Source: Octopus vulgaris (lineage: Eukaryota). From it: DNA of 64,000 nt. The notes beneath the pieces were generated by a model. The model saw nothing but the letters and a program-made list of their open reading frames with translations, was not told the origin of the DNA and made no database searches. Positions 24,989-38,469 of this stretch are shown piece by piece. The stretch is from the NCBI GenBank assembly GCA_951406725.2, contig OX597821.1, positions 64,232,001 through 64,296,000 of the forward strand, written 5' to 3'. Each line of letters opens with the position of its first letter. The first letter of the stretch is position 1. The position numbers and the translations under genes were made by a program.

Positions 24989-25225
24989 CATACATAACTG
25001 ACACACCGTCGGTTAAGACGACGAGGGTTCCGATTTATCCGATCAACGGAAGAGTCTGCTTGTGAAATTAACGTGCAATTGGCTGAGCACTCTACAGACA
25101 CGTGTACCCTTAGCGTAGTACCCTAGGAGATACAGAAAATGTGACAAAGCTGGCCCTTCGAAATACAGGTACGACTCATTTTTGCCAGCTGAGTGGACTG
25201 GAGCAGCGGGAAATAAAGTGTATTG
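24133..25225 (-). mobile_element. Cluster of three SINE fragments sharing a GAGCAA.ACACTT.ATTT...TCCAGTCCACTCAGCTG core
   Basis: Core at about 24245-24300, 24775-24820 and 25175-25225 with different tails (one ends in ACCTTT repeats). A plus-strand relative lies at about 56440-56545. Confidence 0.65.
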
Positions 25226-25323
<98 letters not shown>

Positions 25324-25562
25324 GTCTGTCTGTCTGTCTGCCGGTTTATCGACTGACGTGATGTCGCATCGGCTCCGCAGGTAACCCCTTTTTTCGACCT
25401 TTTATTGCTTACATTTTGTTTCAACTTTTGAACACAAGGTGTGTAAAGCACCCAGAATTCGTTTGAGTGTGTTTTCAAAGGAAGAATTGATCCCTAAGGG
25501 CAGTTTCAAACCTATTTACATTTCTACTTTCTTCGATTTCCTTGCCATATTTCTAATCAAAT

Positions 25563-27273
25563 ATGGCTAAGCGAAACCATAAGACTGACTTCCCACCTCT
25601 ACCAATGTTAGAGGCGAAGGAAGCTGAAAGCAAAGCCGTTCCGCGTGAACGCACACTGGCCTTAGAAGGCACGAATGCTTCTGCTACTATAACCACTGGC
25701 TCCACCACTGCTCCACCACTATCGCCAACATACCACAACCAACACGAATACTGAAAACAATTTTGCCGCAGCTTTACAGTTAAAGAAAATAGTCATGTGC
25801 TTTTCCAAAGAAGAACTGCTCACCTGTAAAGCAATGTTTAAAAAAGACGACCTTAGCATACAACTACAGACATCACAAAACATCACGGAAAAAAACGAAA
25901 AAAAAAACCCAATAATTTATAGGACACTCAACCTAAAAACAAGGCTATACGAAAAGGCCACTCAAGAAAATGTTGAAAAATGTTTAAGGCCTATATGGGC
26001 CTTTAAAGACTACATCACGAGGGGAAACAGATTTACCACGATCGATGTTCGATTCGACAGTGAAGAAAGAGCCAAGGACCTCTCCACAAAGTCCTTCCAA
26101 TTTGAAAATTTACTGATGATCCTACATGGTCGTAAGGTGACAAAAATTAAAATAAAGAATGTGCCTCCTGAAATAGAAATAAAATGGCTCGTGTCTGCCA
26201 TTTGCTATGGCATCGAGGACGAAATCTATATCTTGGAAGTCGCTGTCGTGAACCAGCAAAACTGGATTGGCCAAGAAATTGAAATTCTTGCGCAAATTAA
26301 TCCGATGATTTTCGAAAAAATTCCGCATCGAATCCAATTGAGAGAGGATTCGATGTGGTCGTCGAAGGCAGAAAGCCACGTTGCTACGTTTGTGGTAGCA
26401 AAGCACACTTACAAATTAATAGCCCACTGGCACAGAAACAACAACAACAGCAACAACAACGGCAAGATCACGAAAAATAACAACTACAAGAAAACCAAAA
26501 ATCGAGCAAAAAAACCAGAACTGCTACCCACACCACTATATGCACGACTAATTAAACAACTCTACGAACAAATGAAGGAACATCAGCAACAAGCCAGCCA
26601 AACCAAACACCACCACCACCACCAAGAACAGGAACAACACCATCATCACCACCACCAACAACAACAACAACTTCAAAAGACTCATACCCCACCCCCAAAA
26701 CCCATACACCACACCCCAACTGTCACCAACCAGCACCAACACCAACAACAAAGTCAACAAACTCAGAAATAGACTCCAATACACTTCCCCTCCCACCTTC
26801 TGATTCCTCTGACATGTCAGATGAAGACGACACAGTGGATTGGCAAGTGGCCACAGGGGGAAGGAGAAAAAAGGAAAAAAAAAATAATAGAGAAGCAGGC
26901 ATACAAAGGAGGGAGGTTTACCACTCCCGAAACCAAAACACCCGCAGAAAACAAAAGCATCAACACAAGCACATTAACACCAACCCCCACAACAATGTTG
27001 ACAACCATAAACACCAACAATCCAAACCTAATGGAACACATTAGGTCAAACACCAACATAACAGAAAATGATACCAAAACAAAGAATCACCCACGCACAA
27101 CATCACCACAACACATTAAAATCATACACATAATCCAGAACACGCACAGCACCGTGAAATCTCTCTACCCTGATGCAGTTGGGAGATTTCAAAAATACCT
27201 GTCCAAAAAAACTATACAAAAACCTTCTGGGAAAAGACTGAAAGGTGAAGAACAAAGAACTTTCGGACAGTAA
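25563..27273 (+). pseudogene. Disrupted ORF1 (gag-like nucleic-acid-binding protein) of the Tx1-like LINE
   Basis: Broken across ORFs 25563-25754, 25795-26772 and 26821-27273. A shifted frame at 26352-26423 reads DVVVEGRKPRCYVCGSKAHLQINS, i.e. CX2CX4HX4C with Ser in place of the last Cys (AGC). Q/H/T-rich tail. Confidence 0.8.
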
Positions 27274-27339
27274 GTGACTCTCTCTCTCTCTCTTTCTCTT
27301 TCTTCTTCCTTTCGTGTGTAAAACACAACTTTCAATAGG

Positions 27340-28953
27340 AACATACTCAAAATAGGAAGTATAAATCTACGTGGCTTGGGGTCGCCTTGGAAACAAAGCT
27401 ACCTGTTAAACAACAGCAAGTAACAAAATCTGCATATCATAGTCATCAGTGAGACCAGACGCCACAGCCCGCGGACACTCCAGCACATGTTCGGCGGACA
27501 TTTCGACATTTATTTTTCTCCGTGTCTGCCGAGAATGGGCGGAGATGGTACCGCTGTGCTTCTTCGGAAGAGTCTGGACCTCATAGTAAGAGCAATTTTC
27601 CTAGACCTGGAGGGTAAGCTGGTCGTCTTGGATGTCGATGGGTGTGCTTTTCGACTGATAAGAGTTTATGCACCGTCCTTAACAGACCGGCGAGATTTCT
27701 TTCGACGTCTAGAGGTTTTCCTGGGAACATCTCGATCTTTTCTTTTAGTGGGGGATTGGAACGCTACCCTGGACACGCATCTAAACTACGTGGGCAGATA
27801 TAGTAATAGGAGGTGATGCAAATGTCTCAAAGACCTGCTCAGACGTTTCCAACTGTCTAACAGGTACCGACTGGACCACTCGAATGTGCCAATGTGGACA
27901 TGGAAAAACCGCATCGGGTCGTACAGATCGTACTTAGAGTATTCTGTAGGACAGTGGATAAGGATAGTGTAGGTTGTCCACAATTCCATATAGTCAGCTA
28001 CGTAGACCACAGATTTGTGACTTGTACACCTGACTTAGATAAGACACAGGTAGGGTCCCGGTTACTTGAAGCTGAATGCGTCGTTCACGGCACGCCAGGC
28101 TTACAGGGACCGGATTAGCACATTAGTTAAGAGAGCATTGACGGGTGCCATCATCAACAACAGATGGTGGTATGCCCTAAAGAAAGCAATTAAAGCAGAA
28201 TCGGTTAGGTACAGTAAGGTCTTAGCATTAGAACGAAATAGAATAGAGGGAGACATAGTTAAGAAATTAGAAGAGGCACTTAGAACTGGCATCGCGTCCA
28301 ACGTGCTGGCAGCGAGGTTGGCCCTCCACCAATACTTCAACGCCAAACACGAAGGATGCGTTGTCAGACTAGGATGCGTGCTCGGAACCTCTGGGCGTCG
28401 ACGAGGAACACCTGACCCGCCTGTTCAGGACAACTTTAGGGCCGGGACCTATGGACAATCACCAAAGATCCCTCGCCTGGCAGTGCTATCGAGAATCATT
28501 ACCTGTTCGGGATAAGCTCGACAGGCACGGTTCGAGACACACTGGACCGACTTGCTCGAAATGCGGTCAGAGCGACGAAACCGTTCTGCACGCACTCGTA
28601 CAGTGTCCAACCATTTGGGACCTGTGGGCTTATGCCGAACGGCTGCTGTCACGTGTGGGACGAGTCCGCCTGTCGGCCGAGTCTATCATTCCCTCAACCG
28701 GGAAGGCAAGGCAGTCTTCATCATACTGATGGCCATGGTGAAAGAATGTGTGTGGTGGACTCGAGCGAAAGGATTAGAGACAAACACTTACCTCTCTGGC
28801 CTATCGCTCATCAACTTTTTCAAGTACCACTTGAAAAGGAAGGTGAGAATGGGGAGGCAGATTTTGACTCGTGAAAGTTTCAAAAAAAGGTGGGTGAATA
28901 TAGCAAAGATGGTGCGTGCGAGTGACGAAACCACTTTGAGCATGATCCTATAA
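27340..28953 (+). pseudogene. Disrupted ORF2 of the Tx1-like LINE: APE endonuclease joined to the C-terminal zinc domain, no RT
   Basis: GSINLRGL...ISETR, VYAP, VGDWN, WTWKN, VDHRFV and KLNAS, then from about 28385 ...CSKCGQSDETVLHALVQC.... Several stops and frameshifts. Confidence 0.85.
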
Positions 28954-29265
28954 ATCGAAAAGAGAGAGAGAGAGAGAGCACTTTGCTCTCATATGTTTAT
29001 TCCCTCCCTTCCTGAGGTTACCTTGGTCTTTTCCGTAGGTTTTTCTTTCCACGGATAAACCTAATCTTGCTTCTTAGATTTAAAAAATTCTTCTGTGATA
29101 CACGATCCCTTTTGATCGCCATTTTTTCCGATCCCTTTTGATCGGAATTTTACTTGTTTTTTTATCTGTTGTTCCCTTTTTGTTTTTCACCTTCGAAAAG
29201 AAAAGCTCTACATTTGTATTTGTCCCCTCTGTGTTCAAACCCTATGTGGCCAATAAAGAATGTTA

Positions 29266-29378
<113 letters not shown>

Positions 29379-30260
29379 TATTCTTTTTTTCTTTCTTTCT
29401 GTCTGTCAACCTATCTATCTATATGTGTCATTAAACTTGCTTAATTGTTCATTTTCTCTGTATGTATTCTGTATGTATGTTTGCATGTGTACGCACACGC
29501 ACGCACACATATATACACACATACGGAAACGTTAAAATGCTTTTTGAAGTCTGTATGTAGATATGATATCGCAAGTTTTATATACATAACTATATAAGTT
29601 TATCATTACACGTTATCAACGTTGTCCTTCCTTGACTGGTTAAATCTATGTGATTAATTAACGTTCAGTTCAAACACCTCTTGATCTTGCGACTGCTGGA
29701 AAATCTTGGTTGGCTGAAGTAAGTTTGAAGGCATTCCAATGCGTTGCGTTTGTGGCGAGAAAGATTAGGAGACATTGTTAAGAGCAGGATCTGGTGGGGA
29801 GACATTGGCGTAGGTAATCTAGTGTTTGATGAAGCTAATCGTGAAATAAGGATGAAGATGGTACGCGATTAAGCGGCAGCTGATAGGGAGAGTGAAATGA
29901 ATCATACACACAGTTAATCTGTCTTAATATATACAGTAGAATTAATGAATTTTACTATCTGTGACGGTGGACGTTAGTTTCACTGTTTCTACGTATGCAC
30001 ATGTAGTAATACACATGACTGTAGGCCTGTGTTTCGCATACATGTGGTGTTTGTGTGTGTGTATGTGTATGTGAGTATGTGTATGTGTGTGTATGTGTGT
30101 GTGTGTGTGCGCTCGCTTGGGGAGGGGTGCATGGTCGCGGACGTGCACGTGTGTTAGATATTATTAATTTGAATCGCTTTTGAAGTTTGCATTAATAGAA
30201 TTCTCTACAGAAAGAAAGAAAATGCGTCTCAAATAAATCAGAGATAATACCATCAGATTT

Positions 30261-30417
<157 letters not shown>

Positions 30418-30879
30418 CCCTGATGCAGTACCAGACAGTGGCTCTAATGGCTTCTGATCTTAACTGATTGGAAGTGTTATCATGTACATTTGGTATAAAA
30501 GATGGGCTACAGCAAATATTCTGCTCAATACCACAAATTTGCTTGTCAGTTGTTTGACCATAACCAGTTGACCCCGTCCCTTAGTGGCTGACGATATGTG
30601 CATCTCTGGTCATGGGCATGAGTAGTGTGGAAGCATCATAGCCGTGTGTTGAAAGGAATTCTTAGAGGTTTAGATAATTCACCTTTGGAAACATGGGTGG
30701 TTCGTTCAACATCCTTATACAATCCTTATTCAGGGACCTTTTCAGCCGTATGGGCTACTCGACCAGAAGAAAGGAACACATAAAAAAAAACAAGGAGAGA
30801 AAATAAGAATGTGTAATGGCTAGCGACGCTTTAAATAATTGTAATGTAGATGTTTTAAAAATACGTTTCATTTTTCAAA

Positions 30880-31437
30880 ATTTAATTGAATGTGGCCTCA
30901 TCACTACACACAATCTTTGTTGGAAAGTGTGCATCTTCTTCACAACATGCCAAGTACCATTCGCAATACTGCACTCTTCGGTTTGGAACATCGACATTAA
31001 TCGCATGGGCTAATCTTGGAACGCTTCAAAATGCGTTGGACAGACGATTTTGAAATACCTACCTCACGACTCGCTTGCCGCACAGATTTTCTTGGACTTT
31101 GGTGATAAGTTTCCAGCACTCCTTCTTGCATTGTTGGGATTGTCGATGTTTGTGGTCTTCAGGAACACTTCTTGTGGACATTCTGAACAGTTCCATCGGC
31201 TTCAAACTTATCTCTAATTCGAGTGATCGTAAGTCTGTTTGAAAAACTCGCTCTTAAACTGTCTTTGCACTTCGACTGCATTTTCACACTTCCAGTAGCA
31301 TTTTAGAAGGAATTTCTTTTGTTCAAAGCTTAGTCTGACGGCCATCATTAATTCCAATGGATTTGATCTTCAAAGTAAAAAACATCAATTGAGTTATCAG
31401 CTGCTAAAGTGTGTATACGTTTTGGGGGGATACCCTG
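30880..31437 (-). mobile_element. Tc1/mariner transposon 5' fragment
   Basis: TA-CAGGGTATCCCCC end at 31437. ATG at about 31345 gives MAVRLSFEQKKFLLKCYWKCENAVEVQRQF...[25 protein letters not shown] (HTH)...IVCSDEATF (first catalytic Asp), with frameshifts and stops. Confidence 0.85.
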
Positions 31438-31496
<59 letters not shown>

Positions 31497-31769
31497 CGAT
31501 AGATAGACGGATACATAGATCTGTTAAGAAAATTGCTCTTTGCAGAGTTTCCTATACCATCTGGAGAAAAGAAAACGAATAAAGAACGAGAAGAACGAGT
31601 CATGTAAGAAACGGTGTAAAAAAAGCTATTAAAAAAAAAAAAATGAACAGAGAGCTGAGGAGATTTGTGGGACCCGAACGAAATGCTTTGCAAAAGTGAG
31701 GGGATACCGCTAAAGACACCCAAGAGTCAAGTTATCGTGCTTATAAGAATTGGAAAGCAACCAAGCAAC

Positions 31770-32003
31770 ACAACGACAACGACGACGGCGACCACCACCA
31801 CCACCACTACCACCACCACCACCATCATCACCACCACCACCACCACCATCACTATCACTACCACCATAAACAAACATTAACCAAAAAATCACCATAAATT
31901 CGGTTGCAAATACTGAAATAACATTCAAGCTCTTCTGTATAATTTACCGTCTTGTAGAACAATTGAAAAAGAACAACGTTGTTGTTGTTGTTGCTGCTGC
32001 TGC

Positions 32004-32037
<34 letters not shown>

Positions 32038-32680
32038 GGTTTTGATGGTGGCGGTGGGTTTGGGGTGTGGTAGATGTGGAGCGGAGGTGTGAAGAATAAA
32101 ACTTGATGAAGATAAATTGGCTCTAAGTAGTTTGTAACACTGAACAGGTAAGCATGTAAGATATATTTTAAAACATTTATCATCAAAATCTCCAGTGACT
32201 TGATTTTCGAAAATAAATCACTGCATTATGTTGTTCTCTTGTTATTCCTAATCATTTTTATCTTTATTTTTCTTCTTCTTCTTCTTCTTCTTCTTCTTCT
32301 TCTTCTTCTTCTTCTTCTTCTTCTTCTTCTTCTTCTTCTTCTTCTTCTTCTTCTTCTTCTTCTTCTTCTACAGTCAAGTTGTTGCTGTTGTTATTTTTGC
32401 TGTTGATTTTGCCTGTTATAGTTGTTGTTGTCCTTGTTTTGCTCTTGTTCTTGTTCTTTTACTTTTCCTCCTCCTCCTCCTCCTCTTCTTCTTCTTCTTC
32501 TTCTTCATCATGATCATCATCATCTCCTTTTGCTTTTCCATTTTCTTTTGTCTTTATCGTCATCATCATCGTCTTATCCTCCTCCTCCTCCTCCTCCTCC
32601 TGTTGTTGTTGTTGTTGTTGTTCTTCTTCTTCTTCTTCTTCTTCTTCTTTTTCTTCTTTTTCTTCTTCTTCTTCTACTAG
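31770..32680. repeat. Mixed trinucleotide low-complexity region (ACC, TTG, TTC, TCC)
   Basis: Seen directly. Confidence 0.9.
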
Positions 32681-33179
32681 TTTCACTCATTTATGTTCTG
32701 AATCCAAATCCTGTACCTGAGAAACCAGTTCTAGTGAAGTAAAAGGATTTTCGATTTAAAGGTTGTCGATATACGAGTAATCCGGAAAATCTTCACAAAG
32801 TATTATTCATTTTCATAAAAGTTAGAAATTGTTGTGATAGTGTCTCTTTACGTTTTGAGTTCAAATCCGACCCATGTTACCCTTGCCTTTCGTCTTTCTT
32901 GAGTTGATAAAGAAAGTATACAGCATATGAATGTCATCGATTGTCGATTTTTCTCTTACATTTTCTCTCGTATATTTCTATACTGGATTGAATTGGATTG
33001 CTCATGTTCAGTCCACTGCATGATGAGGGCTTGAGCATGTTCTTTCCACCCACCATGGTCTGATGAGCTTGAGATCATAGTCGTTTGATGAGCCTACTCT
33101 GCTCCACTGGCTCGACATGGTTTGGCATAGGATTTCTTTACTAATTGATAAAACATCGAATATTCATTCTTTTCCCCCA

Positions 33180-33530
33180 TATCATCCTTTGATGCTCCTG
33201 GTTACATCAGCAGTGGTGTTACCTGCTCTCATTAGATGCTTTGGCCTTTTCACCATCCAGGCGACCCAATCGGAGTCGATTAAGCACCTACTTGTGTCCA
33301 GTTAGCACTGCTTCTAGCAGCACTGTCTCTTCTAGAGCTCAAACCAGTTGATCCACAGCTACTTTGAGGCAACGTCTACTGCCTCCACAATCAATCTGAT
33401 AGCTTTTCGTTTACCGGCCCTGGTGGTGCCAAGCATGTAGTAAGTTCTGTAGAGGGACTGTTCTACAGATACCCAGCATCCCACCACAATGGGATCACAT
33501 CTTGCCTGCTACCCATTGTTTGACATCACT
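33180..33530 (-). mobile_element. 3' fragment of a HERO-like (restriction-like endonuclease) LINE
   Basis: Minus strand reads G*QARCDPIVVGCWVSVEQSL...LGTTRAGKRKAIRLIVEAVDVASK*LWI, resembling the HERO C-terminal PxEVGCRGF...EAAExASxWLW pattern as I recall it. Confidence 0.65.
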
Positions 33531-33904
33531 CCCATACATATTTGAGAGGGATTTAGGGAAACTTAATGGGCCAAGAAAACGAAAACCAAAATTCAGAATA
33601 TTAAATATTCAAAAATAAAATTATATAAACTGATTTTTCATCAGATTACTTGAAGTAGACTTCTTGTTTCAAAGTAGAACTATATTCTTAAACCTTTGAA
33701 GAATGCAATGATTGAAACTTACATTGCGTCAGTAGGTGATATAAGAAATTACGGTGGAAAAAACAGCGCAATTTTTCCATCATATATAACTTTTGCTAAA
33801 ATCAGCTTTCAATGTATATTATAATTTTACAAAGTAATGAAGCATGTGCTACATATTATTTTTTTTATTCCGTGAAATATCAGTTTAAGCTTAAGACTGC
33901 CTAC

Positions 33905-34080
33905 TTTGGCACAAAGACAGCCATTTCGGGAAATGGACTAGTCGATTACATTAACCCCAGTACTCAACTGGTACTTATTTTATCGACTCCGAAAAGATGA
34001 AAGGCAAAGTTAACCTCGGAGTAATTTGGACGAAACACCGCTAAGCATTTTGCCGATAGTGCTAACGATTCTGCCAGCGC
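33905..34080 (-). mobile_element. SINE-A, type-II tail, degenerate
   Basis: Core and head similarity. Confidence 0.7.
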
Positions 34081-34649
34081 ACATCTTTCACTTTATTTAA
34101 ATATTCTTTGTTGAAATGGTCTACTTTTAGCGAAGAGCAAAAAGTTGAAAAGTTTTTGAAATTGAATTTTTACGAGTTCTAACAAAACAAAAGTTATATA
34201 ATAATAAAGTAATGGATTCAGGCCACTGTTGACATTTTTTACGGTGACTTTTTTTTCGGTTTTATTATTGAAAATATCGCTGCTGATTTTAATGACTCTT
34301 TTGTTCTGTTATGTAAACTACATTTATATTTTTTCAATTTTCAATATTGCCATTGAATCTAATGAGTCATGTGCAAAACTTAGTATCATCATTTGACTTT
34401 TTGAAGTTAAAATTAATTTGTGAAATGGTATTCCTACGTTCCTCATACACTGTCAAATTACATTGGTCAAACAACATTTTAAAAGAGATATGGAGGTTAC
34501 TGCTCTCGCAATACTGTTGAAACGACACTTGTTGATCTCAAACGAAATTTATGTGCCAACAATTGTTTGGAAAGAATGGATTTGATGTAGCTGACATTTT
34601 ATAACACGTAGTATGAGAAATTTCTTTTTTAAATATTGGTTGTAGGGAA

Positions 34650-35260
34650 GGTGGCGAGATGGAAGAATCGTTACCGCGCCGGACTAAATGCTTGGCAGCA
34701 TTTCGTCGGTCTCTACGTTCTGAGTTCAAATTTCACCGAGGTCGACTTTACCTTTCATCCTTTCGGGGTCGATAACGTAAGTAGCAGTTAAACATTGGGG
34801 TCGATGTAATAGACTTATCCCCGTTTCTAAAATTGCTGGCCTTGTGCCAAACTTCGAAATCGGTATTCGTTGTGGACGTGGCTGTGTGTTAAGAAGTTTC
34901 CTTCTCAACCACATGGCTCCGCGTTCAGTCCCATTGCGTAGCACTTTCTGCTCTTCTACTATAGTCTCGGGCCGACTAAAGCCTTGTGAGCGTATTTGGT
35001 AGACGGAGACCAAAAGAGTCCAGTCGTATATATATGTGTGTGTGTGTGTGTGAGATGTGTCTATGTTTGTTCTCTAGCACCGCTTAGCAACTGGTGTTGT
35101 TTTTACATCCCTATGACTTAGCGGTTGGGCAAAAGAGACCGATAGTCTAAGTACCAAGCTTAAAAAAAAAGATATAAGTACTAGGGTCCATTCGTTCGAC
35201 TAAAATTCTTGAAGGCAGTGTTCCAGCATGGCCTCAGTCTAATGACTGAAACAAGTAAAA
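34650..35260 (+). mobile_element. SINE-A (type-II tail, 34650-34860) immediately followed by SINE-B (34875-35260)
   Basis: Both match the family sequences seen elsewhere in the window. Confidence 0.85.
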
Positions 35261-35267
35261 AATATGG

Positions 35268-35328
35268 TTCTTTATTGACCACGCAGGGCTAAACACAGAA
35301 GGGACAAAATACAAAGCTGAGTTTTTCT
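35268..35328 (-). mobile_element. Isolated ~60-bp 3' terminus of the Tx1-like LINE family
   Basis: Reverse complement AGAAAAACTCAGCTTTGTATTTTGTCCCTTCTGTGTTTAGCCCTGCGTGGTCAATAAAGAA aligns with about 29199-29260. Confidence 0.75.
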
Positions 35329-35730
35329 AGAAACGTTAGCACGCCGGTCGAAATGCTTAGCGGTATCTCGTCTGCCGTTACGTTCTGAGTTCAAATTCCG
35401 CCGCGGTCAACTTTGCCTTTTATCCTTTCTGGGTCGATAGATAAAGTACCAGTTACGCACTGGGGTCGATGTAATCGACTTAATCCGTTTGTCTGTCCCT
35501 GTTTATGCTGTCTGTGTTTTTAGCCCCTTGTGGGTAGTAAAGAAATGGGTATTTCGTCTGCTATTACGTTCTGAGTTCAAATTCCGCCGAGGTCGACTTT
35601 GTCTTTCATCCTTTCGGAGTCGATAAATAAAGTGCCAGTTACTCACTGGTGTCGATGTAATAGACTTAATCCATTTGTCTGTCCCTGTTCGTCCCCTCTA
35701 TGTTTAGCCCCTTGTGGGCAATAAAGACAT
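35329..35730 (+). mobile_element. Dimeric SINE-A lacking the first ~14 nt
   Basis: Two core/tail units; ends GGGCAATAAAGA. Confidence 0.9.
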
Positions 35731-36336
35731 ATATTGTTTATATACAAGGACATAATGCCTAGAAAAATGGGGAAATGGTCTTAGCAACTTAATCGTATTT
35801 TCAATCTTTTCGACAACCGAGTAACCTCTATTATTTTATCCATGGTATCATTACAGTTAAATACCCCTTCATTAGCAACTAAATTAATGCATGTACATCG
35901 ATTACGTTTTATCTTTTAGCATATTACTGCATCAAAAACGGAAATGCTATTATCACATCAGTAATTTATGAAATCGAACTAAATGCCGAGAATGTGGCAA
36001 TTAAGGAAGTTAGTAAAGAGGATTTATTATAATCAGTAATAACAGTAGTTATAATGTATGCAATAATACTGGTTATGATATATACAATAATATAATGAAC
36101 AGAAATATTATGGTAATTGGTTGCTGATCAAAACGCATATACGTTTGAAACCAGTGCAGTTGACACTGGGTTTTTTTGTAGACGGTGAAATTGTTCAAAA
36201 GACAACGATATCCGTTTCCGACAAAACAGTGTACTTATTTAATTCTAGCTTTAAAACTTTAGATTTATTCATTAGTATACTATGACAAACGCACACAAAT
36301 GTATATATACAATACCCATATTTCAATATACATACA

Positions 36337-36420
<84 letters not shown>

Positions 36421-36422
36421 CA

Positions 36423-36482
<60 letters not shown>

Positions 36483-36483
<1 letters not shown>

Positions 36484-36663
36484 TCCTTTTACTTGTTTCA
36501 GTCATTTGACTGCAGCCATGCCGGAGCACCACCTTTAGTCGAGCAAATCGACCCCAGGACTTATTCTTTGTAAGCCTAGTACTTATTCTATCGGTCTCTT
36601 TTGCTGAACCGCTAAGTTACGGGGACGTAAACACACCAAGGGATGTTGGGGGGGGGGGGACAA

Positions 36664-36702
<39 letters not shown>

Positions 36703-36850
36703 CATATATACGACGGGCTCCTTTCAGTTTCCATCTATCAAATCCACTCAGAAGGCTTTGGTCGGCCCGAGGCTATAGTAGAAAACACTTGCCCAAGTTG
36801 CTACCCGGAACAATGTGGCAGGTAAGCAAGCTACTTACCACACAGCCACT

Positions 36851-36852
<2 letters not shown>
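36483..36852 (-). mobile_element. SINE family B between (TA)n arrays
   Basis: Near full-length family match. Confidence 0.88.
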
Positions 36853-36904
<52 letters not shown>

Positions 36905-37378
36905 CAAGATATAAGTTAGAGGTTATGCAGCCATCTAAGGGATAGACGTATCCGTAGGCACTCCTATTTAGGTAATAGGTAATTTAAAAGTAAATCTGTG
37001 GTTTAATATATAGAGAAGATAAGAAATGGAACAATAATTAACAATGAGAAATGGATCATTGATGTTTAAAAGTCATTGTTTAATTGTATTTGGAACCATT
37101 TACGGCTGTTTCTGCTTATCAAATCGGAGTAAATTTACATTCACCTCGTTACGGTTAATAAACATCGCTTGACAACCGATGTGTGCTGTGGTGGTGTGTG
37201 GTAGCTTGCTTACTACAGAGCCACTCCTGTATATATGTCTGTGTGTATACATATATATGTATGTATGTGTATATACATATACGTATGTGCATATAAATAT
37301 ATATATATGTATGTATATATATCTATATATATATGTATATGTATACATACGTAATACACACATATGTACATCACACAC

Positions 37379-37418
<40 letters not shown>

Positions 37419-37717
37419 TTATAAACAAGTATGTTGATACAAAAAAAAAAACAGAACTCAAAATATGAGTATATGTATACTCTGTTACCTCTGCTAAATA
37501 TTAATAAAAATATACAGCTGTATATCTGCAGAATTATTTACTAATTTTACCCAAGGAAAAGCGACCGTAGTGTAACATCACCTTGTGTTTAGACTGTGAA
37601 GTCGACATAGAAAGTTTTTATTTAACCACAAACTAAAGATGATTAAAGCAAACACAGCTTATCAAATGATTTTAGCTTAAACAGAAACAAGGATATACAC
37701 ACTCACAAAGATCTGTA

Positions 37718-37781
37718 TGGTTGTCATAATAAAACTCAGAGTTTCGGATGCCGGGGCTGCTGAGTTTTATTATGACAACCA
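37718..37781. repeat. Perfect 22-bp inverted repeat with a 20-nt loop
   Basis: TGGTTGTCATAATAAAACTCAG (37718-37739) / CTGAGTTTTATTATGACAACCA (37760-37781). Confidence 0.9.
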
Positions 37782-37863
37782 ACTAATTGTCGCGTATTAT
37801 ATTTTATAGATAAATTCCTCTTTTTTACATAATATCCAGGTCTCATTCATTGTTTTGTTGTCA

Positions 37864-37937
<74 letters not shown>

Positions 37938-38045
37938 ACGTATAAAGAAAGGAAAAAATATGTATTTACATATGTAGATACATACATGCATATCTGTGCG
38001 TGTGAGCGTGCATACACAGAGGTTAATATTATGTATGTCTATTTA

Positions 38046-38129
<84 letters not shown>

Positions 38130-38469
38130 GTTTACATGAAAATTTATAACATTAAAATAATAATGCATTTTAAATGCATTATGCTATTTTAAAAAAATTG
38201 AGAAAAATGTGTTTTGTTATTTTATCGCAAGAGTGCAACATCAATAAAGAGGGATGAATTGTTTTATATTTCAAAATTATAACGTGATAATCGCGTTTGG
38301 AAGACAACTTAAGGCGCCGGTATATTTAAAATGATTATATTTTAAATATTTAAAATAGCGGTAGCACATTGTTTGAGATAAAAGATGAATGTTTAGGTTT
38401 GGGTTAATCGAAGTTGTGTATATTAAGCTTACATTAATCATTTATATTTATTATAAGACTTTGTTAAAA

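Larger units (their letters stand above)
25341..29260 (+). mobile_element. Tx1/L1-like non-LTR retrotransposon with both ends present but the RT domain deleted
   Basis: ORF1 with a zinc knuckle, APE endonuclease motifs, C-terminal Cys/His domain, 3' UTR ending CAATAAAGAA. Flanked by TGTC/TATC arrays. Confidence 0.88.

Noticed and set aside
25795-26772. 325-aa ORF as a host gene
   Set aside because: It is frameshifted LINE ORF1: the zinc knuckle lies in another frame and an APE ORF2 follows.
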